Shown here: piece by piece, positions 1 through 10,959 of the stretch | How positions within the stretch are numbered: position 1 is the first letter of the stretch | Layout: every line of letters begins with the position of its first letter | NCBI GenBank assembly: GCA_030704615.1 | Contig: CM060731.1 | Location: 83,824,001 to 83,888,000 of the forward strand | Origin: Takakia lepidozioides | Lineage: Eukaryota > Plantae > Bryophyta | DNA length: 64,000 nt | Reading direction: 5' to 3' | Notes under the pieces: model-generated | What the model was told of the DNA's origin: nothing | What the model saw: only the letters and a program-made list of their open reading frames with translations | The model's database searches: none | Program-made: the position numbers and the translations under genes

Positions 1-30
1 TCCCAATCGCACCTTTCGACATTCCAGAAC

Positions 31-220
31 GGAAATGCGGCGCCGCATTTCCCTTTTGAATCTCATACTTGGAGCTGTGGGACGGAAATGCGGCACCGTA
101 TTTCCGTTCAACAACTAAGGTATGTGAAGGTGGAACGGAAATGCGGTGCCGCATTTTCTTCCAACAAGTACGGATGTGTAGCTTCGTGATGGTACTTAAC
201 GGAAATGCGGCGCCGCATTC
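31..220. repeat. Cluster of 4 copies of 22-bp palindrome A (GGAAATGCGG-CG/CA/TG-CCGCATTTCC)
   Basis: Copies at 31, 84, 137 and 201. The copy at 31-52 is a perfect palindrome, and the first three have a 53-bp period. Confidence 0.95.
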
Positions 221-657
221 GCATTTTCGCTCCAACTCATCAGACGCTGGGACGGAAATACCTTGAAATGTGAACACGTGGAGCAACGGAATTGCTGCAC
301 ATGTCGGCACTCTATCTGACTGAAGGGGCATGAGGCGGCGCGGCCTGACCGTTGGATAATGATGTTTGTTTTTCGGACGGCAGGCGTACCCTCAACGATT
401 CGAATTTCGTAATGACGCAAACTCCACGAGGAGACACTTTCGTCCAACCCTTTCGAACCCAAGTGGTGCATCACCGCCGTTTCATCTACTTTTGTCGTGT
501 CTCCTCAGTCACCCCTCTCGCGCCCTTTCCATCTGCACTCTTTGCCCTTTTCCCTCTCTCTGTTCTTCTTATGCTCGAACCTGAGAGGGGGGGAGTTCGT
601 GCACCAGACAGGAGACCTCGTCGCAAGCTCCGGAAATTATACTTCGGACGTAGGCCA

Positions 658-3600
658 ATGCCGAAGGGGAGGAAGCAGATGCGTCTACAGGAGGAGATTG
701 CCATCTCCGAGCAGCAGGCCACTCAGGCAACCCAGCCACCAGTGAGAGCTCCATGCGATCGGGCTGCGCGCAGCTGATCGAGCACCGAACCCCCCATTTT
801 GCTTCTGTAATTCTTAGACTGAATGCTAGGAGACTTGAATGCAGAACATGTTTGCATGCCTAACAGGAAAGGTGGACGTGCTGGAGGGATCGCAGGAATC
901 CGAAGAGCCGCAGGAAGAGTCCGAGGAGCTAGCTGCAGCACGTACACCCACCCGATCCCCGAGCGCGGGTATTCCTGCCGGGCCTAGCCCTCTGCGATTC
1001 AAAGACGCGTCTTCGAAGGGCAAGTTCAAAGTCCCAGAGATCGACTCGCGTTCTTCGGTCATGGAGAATCGCCAGCAGGGGTCGGGCCCTTCTCCAGCAA
1101 AGTCGAAGAAGAAGCAGCCCGTCCCTCTACTGGCTTCTGAACCGGCTCAGGCCGATTCACCCCCCCCAACGCGAATGAAGCAGCAGGGTAGAAGACAGAT
1201 TCAATTGCAGCAGACACCTTCACCTGCAAGGATGAGGAAGCAGAAGGCAATCAGGGCGACGGGCGAACAATCTCCCGCAAAACCGCTTCCACGAGCTGAA
1301 GCTCAGTTCCTGGAGGATTTCCCGCCTGCAGATGTTGGGGCCGACTCTGCTGCAGCGAAGGCAATGGGATCGACCGTTGATCTCGATTTGGTACCGGAGG
1401 AGGGTGCTGCCGCTCAACGTTCGCAGCAAGACCTCACCACCGATGAGCAAGCAGGCCCGGAGGAGGCCTCTGCAATGGCAGAATTGCCCGCACACAGGCC
1501 CCAGAGTGCAGCTCCAGTTGAGGATGCTCCAGCTGCTCAGCCACTACCGGCACCTACAGACATGTCTCCGGAGGATTTCAAAAGTGCAGCGGATAAAATG
1601 TTGGAGGAGACACACAGTAGCATTGGCAGAGTTCTGGGCAGCAGGGTATTCCAGCGGACTCTTCGAATCCCACTCTGTCGCATGGTCTCCCTTCCCATCG
1701 TCAGGCAGGCCCTTCCCGGAGATGTGGATAAGCTCAAGTTCGCATTTCGAGAAGGGTACCGTCTGGGATCGGCAGCGTTTTACGTTTCCATTGAGAATGA
1801 GGACGGCGAAACTCGTGGACCCACTGCCGATGAATTGTCAACGTGGGATACCCACTGGCACACTCGCAACCACGAATTCGAGGCGACGCTGAAGGGTGAT
1901 CCCGACTTCGGCCATATGTCGGGTAAAATGTTCTTTGTGTGGGACGGGAATCACCGACTTCTCGCCTGGTGGGAGTACATCAAGCAGAACCATGCCAAGC
2001 ACATTGGCTGGCATTACATGGTGGAGTGTGTCATCCTCAAGGTGAAGGCGGCAGACTCCTCCCTGCTCAAGAATGCCATGGCGGACCTCAACTCGTAAGA
2101 TACTCATACCCTCCCTAGCACGTTCGAAATGCGGTGCCGCATTTCGGTTTCCATTCTGGTTTGTTTCCGTGCTTCCGTGTACTGAACTGGAGAGTGTGCC
2201 TTGCAGGGTCACTGAAAATGCGTACGTGCATACCCACATGGCACACATGCTGTACAGGGTGAGGAAAACTGGTCTCACTGATCCGCAGATGTTTGCGGAA
2301 ATGCTGGAGCCCGAGCTCATTCAGAAAGCCGTTGCAAAAACAGACCGGACATGGTATCGTCTCACTATGGATGGAATGGTGGAGGTGATATACGAAGTAA
2401 GTCGTCCTCCAATTTCCCTCTGCTCATCCTTCCCCAATTTTCAGTAATGTTTCCACATGAATCGAATGTAACGCTTCTGCATGTTTTTGTTGGCAGTCAA
2501 ACATCAAGCTGGATTTGGCCCATGCCAAACGCTTCTTCATGGAAAGTGAGGGGCAGGTCAAAACGTTGCAGTCATTGACTGAGCACTTGAAGGAAGCCGG
2601 TGTCAAGTCCAGAACCAAATACAAGTCAAAGCTTGTGAAGCTGGTGGCAATTGCAGATCCGGCACTTGGAAAGGACTTCATCCCCGAGATTGCAAAACAC
2701 TATTCTCGGGCCATGCAGCCGACCATGCAATTGGAGAAACTGCATCACCTCTCAACGGCATGTGTGGAGGCGAAAGAGAAGGTGAGGTTTCAATGCACTG
2801 AAGTTCCTTCCTAGCAATAGCCACTCTCTTCCAGCTCCTGACATTGGATCGGAAATGGCAGACACGGTGGCTGTCGATCTGGAATGCATCCGAGAGCATA
2901 AGGACAATGTGGTCTTTTCCACTGGAAGTTTCCGACCCTGCAGTGGATGTGTGGCTCAACCGTATGACTTGGTGGTTCCAGGTAATTCAAGGTACTTCCC
3001 CAGATTTGCTTTTCTGACATGAATTCCCTGAACTGCTACGTGACAATGCATTTGGGAATCGCAGGTAATGTCGAATGCGAAGGAGCAAGTCGTAATGCAC
3101 ACAAATTCGTTCGGCTTGTACGTCAAATGGGATGGAACACAGACATTGGAAGACTACGTGACACGTTTCAGATGTGCGTACAAGGACAACCTTTTCGCCA
3201 GAGAGCTACAGACAGCAAGAAGGAGCGTGGAGTTTACACATCAGGAGGGAGCGGGGAAAGCTGCAATGCGAATTGTTTACAGGTGAAGCACAGCTGCCCT
3301 TGTATGCGAAGCCTGGTTACGAGGTTTGTCTCGGAAATGCGGCACCGCATTCGCATTTTATGTTTTCGGTGGCACTCTGCCAGTAGGTTGGTCTCAACTT
3401 TTGCTCACGCATGCTGACTGCCTTGCAGGTATATGAAATACGTGCTCCTTCAGACAGGGGCCCTGGCTCAAGAGCCCCCGTTCTTCATGGCTTGGACCGT
3501 GGCGGGCCCAAGCTGTGTCTACACACCCGAGATGCAGAAACAATGGCATCCCGCGCATCTCGTTGGATGCCCGTGGTACCTGGACATGTCTGGCGGTATT

Positions 3601-5782
3601 GTTGACGAGTCTGAGAAAGATCTGCACGCCTTGGCAGAAGAGAAGAGAAAGGAAAGACGTGTCCCTGCTGGGCCAAAGTCGGCAAAGGAATCTGCTGCTC
3701 TGGAAGAATCCAGAAAGGCAGCTGAGATGGCACAAAAGACGGTGGATGCAGCTGTGCAGGCCCAACAGAAGGGGTCGAAGAAGAGGACTCGCCAGCAAGG
3801 AGCAGCTGTTGTGACACCCGCCAAAACGAAGAAGCAGAAACAGCCTGTTCAGGAAGAGGGTGAGGAAGAGGACTCCGATGGAGACTTTGCAACCAGCCCA
3901 CCCCCCCAAACGCAGGCTGCCTCCCCTGTGCCCACCGTTGTCACGAGAGGCACGAGAACTGGCTCGGCAAAGAAGGCACTCTTCAACCCCCCAGGGGGGC
4001 ACCCTTTCGAGCCGGTGGAAATGAAGAGGCCGAAAGTGGCTCCCGAAACTGTAGTCCAGTGTGTAAATGAGAGTTTCTTGGCGGCTTTGGATGGACGGGC
4101 AGCCAAGTTGGCATACATGAAGACCATGGAGGGTCTGAAGGGCAGAGCACTGAAGAAGGCGACTGCCGAAGAGCCTTCCGACACCCCAGGATTTCAGAAT
4201 ATGGTCTCGTTCTTTGAGAGGGTGTGTGCAGACAAGGATTGTAGGAGGGGCGGAAATGCCACCGAGTGGTCTTGCGATATGATCATCTTGGATATTCCGG
4301 ACGGAGAGCCTGTGGAAGGACTGCAAGCTTTGCCATCTTGGAACAGGTACTCGGAGGACTTTTGGAAGAAAGGATTCGGGCTTGCCCGCATGGTGTTGGA
4401 CGACAGAGGCTGTGTGGTTGTCCTGGCGAGCAGAGGAAAAAACACTCAGACAGGAATTGCGAAGTGGACCCGCAAGAGCGCCGTCCCGATTCTGAAAAAG
4501 AAGTGGACGTGCATCAACACACTGGGCCTTCGGTCGGAAGGGAAGAAGGTGATTACGACACTGGCACTCGTCCATTCATTTGCTTGGGTGTTTTCAAATG
4601 CGGTGCCGCATTCGGTTTCTAATCGTTTTCCCCCTGTGTATGCAGACGAAGCAGTTCGATGCATACTGCTTTGTGAAGGAGAACTCCACCTTTGCTTTCC
4701 GGAAGGAGGGAGGAAAGGTTGACCCGAACTGCGACCCACTCGATTACGACGTTCTGTTCAACAACGTTCCCAAGGAACTTCTCCCTCATAGCCTCACTTC
4801 AACGGAACCCCTGCGGTACTCACGGACTCGGAGCCCTGCCTTCATTCAGACAATTATGGAGACATGCACAGACGTGGAGGGCACAGTGCTCGACCTCATC
4901 TGTGGGACAGGTATGCAGAATCTTGATCTATGCTGTTCTGCAAATTCTCGTTAGGATGTAGTTCGCAACATCTGAAGCGCCATGTGGTAATGTGTGGATG
5001 GCATTGTAACAGGTGCCTCAATGTGGGCTGGGCGGTTTTCCGACCGGCACCTCTTTGCCTACGAGGAGGATTCATCCGTGTGGGGATCCCATCTGGAGGG
5101 GCTGCAACGGAATGTGAAGGCTCCCGACAGAGCGGAAGTCTCCTCGGATTCGTCGGAGTCCGAGGAAGACACAGTGGACATTGATGCGGAGGAGAACCCG
5201 GAATACGAGTGAGTGCAAACATTGTAAGTTTGCAAAGCCTTCTGGGTCATTTATGTCAAACGAATTTCCCGACTGTGGTTCTCATTAGTCTCGTTGATGA
5301 TTGTCATGTGCAGGATTGCAGGGTCCGGGTCGAAACATGTAGGGCCTACACTTCCTGCCAGGAAGAATGTCCCGTTCTTTGCGAGGGCCGACTTCATGAC
5401 GAGCCCGGTGAGGGACTACTCCCTTCCTAGTTATGCAGCTAAACTCGCAAATACAGCGATTAGAAGAAGTGAGAATCCCAGTAAAGTAGAGCAGATTTTG
5501 GAGAGGGCTAGGGAGGACAGAAGGATAAGGAAAGAGTTGGCAGCAGCTCAGACAGGTAGACGGGTACGAAAGTACATATGTGATTCAGCGGATGAGAGCG
5601 ACGCAGACAGGGAGGAAGACGACCCAACGGAGGTGAGATGGACAGTTCCGCAAGGGGAAGATGGGATTTTCGAAAGCCTGGCCAACGAGCAGTCCGCTGG
5701 AGATGAGAGAGGCACTGAGGGGGTGGAGGAGGAGCAGGACAGTCTAGAACAGGATGAGGATTCGGATGATTTTCAAGATTAA
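658..5782 (+). CDS. Multi-exon ParB/Srx-like domain + N6/N4-methyltransferase-like fusion protein (copy A)
   Basis: Exons read through ORFs 839-2094 (IPLCRMVSLPIVR...FFVWDGNHRLLAW), 2207-2396, 2497-2781, 2862-2981, 3065-3282, 3429-~4548 (DMIILDIPDG), 4646-4910 (RSPAFIQTIMETCTDVEGTVLDLICGTG), 5013-~5208 (ASMWAGRFSDRHLFAYEED) and ~5334-5782. GT..AG junctions are visible and shared with copy B. The first exon (ATG 658) is tentative. Confidence 0.7.
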
Positions 5783-5919
5783 TAGAATTTTAATGAAGTC
5801 TCTGTAAATGTAAATTCTCTTCCAGAGTATATAAAGGAAATTCTGCCCGACATTCGTGACCCCTCTCCAGTGTGCATTCCAGCCACACAATCGCCCAAAC
5901 CACGACGCTCCCAAAATCA

Positions 5920-6681
5920 GAAATGGGGCACCGCATTTCCAAAAGGGGAACTCTAAGAACCTCTTTTGGAAATGCGGCACCGCATTTCCAAAACAGGGGA
6001 GGGACTAAATTTTCCATTTCAATGTTGGCATAGTAAAAAGTAATCTGAATTGGAAATGCGGTGCCGCATTTCCAAAATTTCCTTTGTCCACACGCCAGTT
6101 TTGGCCTCTCCCGCTCATTGCATGGATGCCACCACGCTTACAGAGGTCGAACAACGAGGTCGAACAAGGAGGTCGAGATGGCGGGATTGAAAATGCGGTG
6201 CCGCATTTCAGTATTGGGGATGGTCGTTGTTCGAACTGCAGGCCCATCAGCAAAAAATTGGCACCGCATTCCATTGTAAAAAAAAGTCGATGACGGACAT
6301 GGAAATGCGGCGCCGCATTTCCAGAACGGACATCGCAATTTGTCCATTTGCAGACCCTCTCTCGGAAATGCGGTAACGCATTCCATCGCGCTGGTCGGAA
6401 ATGTCACACTTTTCGAAGTGTTGTACGGAAATGCGGCACCGCATTCCCTTGTCCAAAAAGAAGTTTCCATTGCCAAGCTGGAAATGCGTCGCCGCATTTG
6501 CAATGCCAACCTCGTTTTCTGATCAATTTATAGACCCGTGTTGGTATTTCGTGTACCTGGACGGAAATGATGCACCGCATTTCGATGTCCGACATGGAAA
6601 TGCGGCACCGCATTTCGATCCCGACATGGAAATGCGGCGCCGCATTTCGATGCCGACATGGAAATGCGGTGCCGCATTTCA
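5920..6681. repeat. Dense cluster of ~13 copies of palindrome A downstream of the gene, ending in a ~32-bp tandem array
   Basis: Copies at 5920, 5968, 6052, 6189, ~6258, 6301, 6364, 6427, 6480, 6563, 6596, 6628 and 6660. The last four are linked by GATGTCCGACAT-like spacers. Confidence 0.95.
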
Positions 6682-6937
6682 ATGTCCGACATGGCGTTAC
6701 TCTGGTATATTCTTGACACATCACTCACATACCGGTTACTCTGCTATATTCATCCGGACAGACACATTGTAGAAATGAGACATCAAATTGTAAACAGTGG
6801 GCCAATTCCGACAGTTATTCAACACAATGAAACACAATCATACAGAAGTGAGGTACGATGGGTTTATTGATCGGACACGATGTCTCACATTTACCAACTG
6901 CAGACAAAACTAAGCCCTTCCTCCTTCTACATGGGCT

Positions 6938-7516
6938 TCACCAAGTCGACGGAACTTCGATACCCCTCAAAACAAGCTCATCACTGCTGCGGCACCTCGA
7001 GGTAAACTGCAATTCGGTCGTTCTGCTGCCCTTGCTGGAGCCGACGACAATGTCATGTCCATCAATGATACCACCATCATACATTGACAAGGTCACTGTG
7101 GGCCTCATGTGCCCGTGCGATTCGTCTTCGCAACGCAGCCGAATGTCTCCATACACTGGAAGAGCGGAGTGATCTGCACGTATATAGTTTTCCCCGGTGC
7201 CGTCCTCCCTGGTCCACTGGCAGCAGTTCCAGCGCCAAAGCGAGGCCGTGCGTGATCTGTCCGGCATCCCTTTCCAGCTTGGTATATCGAGGTCAACAAT
7301 TTTCAGGACCCACGGACCGCATTGACCCTCGCCCTCACCTCGCTCAAAGCGGTAATAGCCCTCCAGATACTCCATTGCGCGCAAAGACTCTTGCTTGATT
7401 CCAGCAGCGTCTGTGAAAACAGAGAGCCAGACAATGATGTCTCCTGATTCTGGTTTGAACATAGCATAATCGTGGCCATGATAAGGGCAGTCGGCTGGAT
7501 TTCGGCGGCACGGCAT
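6938..7516 (-). CDS. Unknown ~190-aa protein, paralog 1
   Basis: Open frame from ATG 7516 (MPCRRNPADCPYHGHDYAMF...). It aligns over its full length with 8066-8628. Confidence 0.65.
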   Translation of the reverse strand: MPCRRNPADCPYHGHDYAMFKPESGDIIVWLSVFTDAAGIKQESLRAMEYLEGYYRFERGEGEGQCGPWVLKIVDLDIPSWKGMPDRSRTASLWRWNCCQWTREDGTGENYIRADHSALPVYGDIRLRCEDESHGHMRPTVTLSMYDGGIIDGHDIVVGSSKGSRTTELQFTSRCRSSDELVLRGIEVPSTW

Positions 7517-8065
7517 CCTTGAAAAAGAGTAGCGGAGTACGCTCAATGACAGCAGCTCCCGGATGGAGGAGGAGCAGCGCGGTGGCTGGAAAAAGTTCAA
7601 GCTAACGCTGCAATTCCTCACAAACACTCCAGGGCACATTTAAATTTCCCCCTACAGGATCCTGGACCGATGAAGATTGGCTGCTGCATGAATGTAGCCG
7701 TTTCTGTTTCCTACCCTGCCATGCAAACTATGGGCAGTCACTGCCAGGTGGGCCGATAGCCACTGGACACGACGAAGTCCATCCCCTCTTCGATGTAAAT
7801 GCGGCGCCGAATTTCCATCCGGGGGGATGGACTTCGGTGGCAGATCTCAAACTATAACTTGTTGATGAGAAAGATGTATGGCTTCATCCACCGCTGCCGT
7901 GATGAACACGTTCCACCTCCGTCGGTGGGTACGTGTGACCCAGATGCTCCATTATTGGAGGCCGGACTGCTCTTCCGCTTCGTATCATTTCCAAAATCTA
8001 AGGGCTTCGTAGCTGTCCGCAAGGTCATCGGCATCCAAGTCGTCCTCAGGTCCTCCTTTGCAAGG

Positions 8066-8628
8066 ATGCCGTGCTTCCGGAACCGGGACGACTGCCCTTT
8101 GGAGGCATCGATTATGCAATGTATTCGGCCACATCGGGAGACATTGTTATCTGGTACACAGATTACACAGAAGATACTGGTTCGATTGTGGAAACATTGG
8201 TGGCTTTTGAGTATATCGTAGGCCACTACGCCTTCGAGCGGGGTGACGATCTTGGTCTGAGGAGTCCGTGGCTCCTGCGCATCCTCGATTCCGATTTTCC
8301 CAGCTACGACGGTCACCCATGCAGAAGAAGGCGCACTGCTATGCTGTTGCGGTGGAACTGCTGCCACTGGACGTGGGTGGACTCCATCGGAGAGACCTAT
8401 TCTCCTCGAGGAGTGCGCTCCTCTTCTCCATTGTATGGGGACATTCGCATTGGTGTGGACGACGAAAACGTGAAGATTTCCATATTCGATGGTGGTATGA
8501 TTGAAGGGCAGGACATTGTGGTGAACATCACTAGGGGCGGTACAACGGCTGCAATCGACTTTACATGGAGGAGCCCCATGACTCATGAGCTAGTTCTGAG
8601 AGCAGTCGAAGTCCCATTGACAACGTGA
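8066..8628 (+). pseudogene. Unknown ~185-aa protein, paralog 2, with a 1-bp frameshift near the N-terminus
   Basis: MPCFRNRDDCP (ATG 8066) shifts frame at ~8100 into FGGIDYAMY...SGDIVIW...RWNCCHWTW...PLYGDIR...ELVLRAVEVP, matching paralog 1. Confidence 0.65.
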
Positions 8629-9249
8629 CTTGTATTCAGTAGGCACAGGGCTCAAGATTTGATGGCACAATCAGCACAGTAGACGTGCTTCAAATGCAAT
8701 TCATGTGGATCAATAAAAACCTCATTGTGCCCTCTTTTTATTCTATTCTGTGTCCATCGTTCCGAGAATGCGTCATTGCTCATTTCGTTTGGGATTGGGA
8801 GTGTGGGTGAATTTTGCAAATGGCTGGTAGGCTGAAATGGGCCCCCATTGTACAGAGCAGTACCACCCTACCATTCGCGAAACATTGCCTTTCAATATAT
8901 AATTCTAAATAACATTGCCGAACCTCCTTCATCGGGAGGTCCTTCTCCCCCTATGACCGTGGCACCCTAAACCCTATTCCCGCGGACACTCATTTCCGGA
9001 AAATAGTGCTGCTCATGTTTTTTTCCACACTTACGACTCTGCTCATGGCTCATGCCGCTCATGGCTCATGGCTCATGAAATAGCAGCCCCCCTTAGGACT
9101 ACCAACGGCATAAAGTGTAGTCACGGCCATGACTACCCTCAGCCCCACAGCCAACGTGTGTGAGACACATGCTTTGTTAGGCAGTCATGGCGCTCCTGAC
9201 TGGCGGTGATTTAAAAAAATGGGACCCCACCTTGAGCAGAGACATCAGG

Positions 9250-9489
9250 TCAGAAGTGCGTGTGGAGTAAGTATGGAGTGCATACCAGAACTGTAGGGTA
9301 CCTCAGGTTCGGGTCCCTGCGATGCAAGAGGAGGTGATTCTTTACTGTCTTGCGTAGCTGCCACTTGCCACCATGGCACTCTGAGCAACTACACAACATT
9401 TTCTTCAGGTTGTTTGTTGTGGCGTAGGCGTCCTCAAACCTCCACAAGTTGTGGACTCGCAAACTCATTCGCCGCCTATCCCTTGTCAC
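9250..9489 (-). pseudogene. CACTA transposase-associated (CxCxxC...HL) N-terminal domain fragment
   Basis: MLCSCSECHGGKWQLRKTVKNHLLLHRRDP resembles the transposase-associated domain of En/Spm TnpD proteins. Confidence 0.55.
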
Positions 9490-10959
9490 ACTCGACCCCC
9501 CACCCCTCTGTACATCTTGATTGTCGTGCTGCGTTTAGGGAGGCGATGTGCTCATGCGATGGTCAAGCACGCGGCCACTGCACCCATTACCGACTATGAG
9601 AAGCTAAGAGAAGCTAACATTGCTCACATCAAGCTAGTTGAAGCGGAGCTGCTGAAAGACATAGCACAGTGAGTTCACTTTTGAACTATCAAAGTCACTC
9701 TTTTTGCAGAGGTTTGCAGCTTGCGGTGCTTGATTTCATGCAATGTAGGTAGCTTTGTGTTCCTAAGACACCATGAAGAGGATGAGATGAGTGCGAGTGC
9801 AGTGTAGGTTGTGCTCGCATGGTGGAGTGGGCGGGAGATCGCCGCATGTCGCGGGTCTGAAAGTTGCTTCACTTTTAGGGTTGAGGGGTGCATTAGTTCG
9901 TCATCTCCTCCATCATGTTTTCTTTCTCATGTTACACTCAGGGAATTAGTGGTTGGTTTAGGGTTTACAACACCTTCCATGGGGTGTCCAATGCAGGATT
10001 GTGGGAGAGAAGCCAAAGCATGCAAGACGACGGCCACCAGCCCGCCCCTCTGGTCCCCCAAGACGCAGTCGCATAGAGTCCATGGCCCCCCCCCACACGG
10101 AGATATGCAATTGATGATGATGATGAGGACGACCTCTGTGTGCCTGCGATGGAGCACATCAGGGACTCTGATGAAGACATGCCCTGCGGTGAACCTGCCC
10201 CAGCCACCATCTCGCACAAACGCCCAGCAGCTGCGGAGTCTCTATCTGTAAGTACCCAGCTCGGTGTAGATCATGTATAAGTATCCAACCAGATAGAAAA
10301 ACTGCCCGTCCACAGTTGCATTGCCCCAATTTTGAAAGTACTTGCCAAGTACTTTATGGAAAGGAGGAAAAAAGGGAAAAAAAAATATGACGCCTCCCGA
10401 AGGGAGCGTAACTTATGGTGTCACTTCACCACAATGGTTATTGCCTTCCAGCTGAAAGGTGGACACCTTCATGACACACCAGACCGTGGTTTGAACCCAC
10501 AACCACATCCAACGTGGTATGTGCCCATTACCACTGGGCTACATGTTGGTTGTCTGGAAAGGAAGAATACATACCCCATTACAGGGAGCAAACACGATGC
10601 ATGAGAATATGGTGGTTGCATTTGCCAAAAAGAAGCAATTGAATTGACAGGTCTCCAGCATTCCAGGGGGAAGAGGCATTGGTAGCATGCCAAAAGAGGG
10701 TGAAAGCCAACCATTCCCTAAAACCATGCACTAGACGCGCAACAAGAGTGAGGCCTATTACATTTGGTCGATTTTATGCCCAAGACCTGCATGACTTCTT
10801 GGTAAATGGCACCTGATTTCTATTTTGTCATTGTATGATCCTCATTACCTTGATGTGCTTCCCTGGTGGTTGTGTGAGGGCTGAGTTTTTGCCAATTTTC
10901 TAGGGTGAGTTTTGACCAGCATTGTGTTGTGTGTTGCATAGGCGAGGAAGAAGCGTGCA

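Larger units (their letters stand above)
1..8700. mobile_element. Region A: putative DNA transposon arm carrying a ParB-MTase gene, private palindromes and two cargo paralogs; left end outside the window
   Basis: Delimited by the spread of the GGAAATGCGG-NN-CCGCATTTCC palindrome (31 to ~7815) and by homology of its large gene to those in regions B and C. No termini or TSD seen, so the right boundary is approximate. Confidence 0.5.

Noticed and set aside
31-220. CRISPR-like array (22-bp palindromic repeats with ~31-bp spacers), also at 5920-6681
   Set aside because: The context is eukaryotic and intron-containing with no cas genes. Spacing is irregular, spacers are partly related to each other, and the same motif occurs singly in introns.
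3394-4575. 393-aa minus-strand ORF and similar long antisense ORFs (e.g. 7852-8586, 56862-57473)
   Set aside because: These are shadow frames opposite recognisable coding exons and have no motifs of their own.
5744-6870. Many short ORFs containing GNAAPHF / EMRRRIS / KCGAAF
   Set aside because: They are translations of the palindromic repeat, not proteins.
8985-9010. Possible CACTA terminus (…AAATAGTG)
   Set aside because: No matching partner TIR or 3-bp TSD was found.
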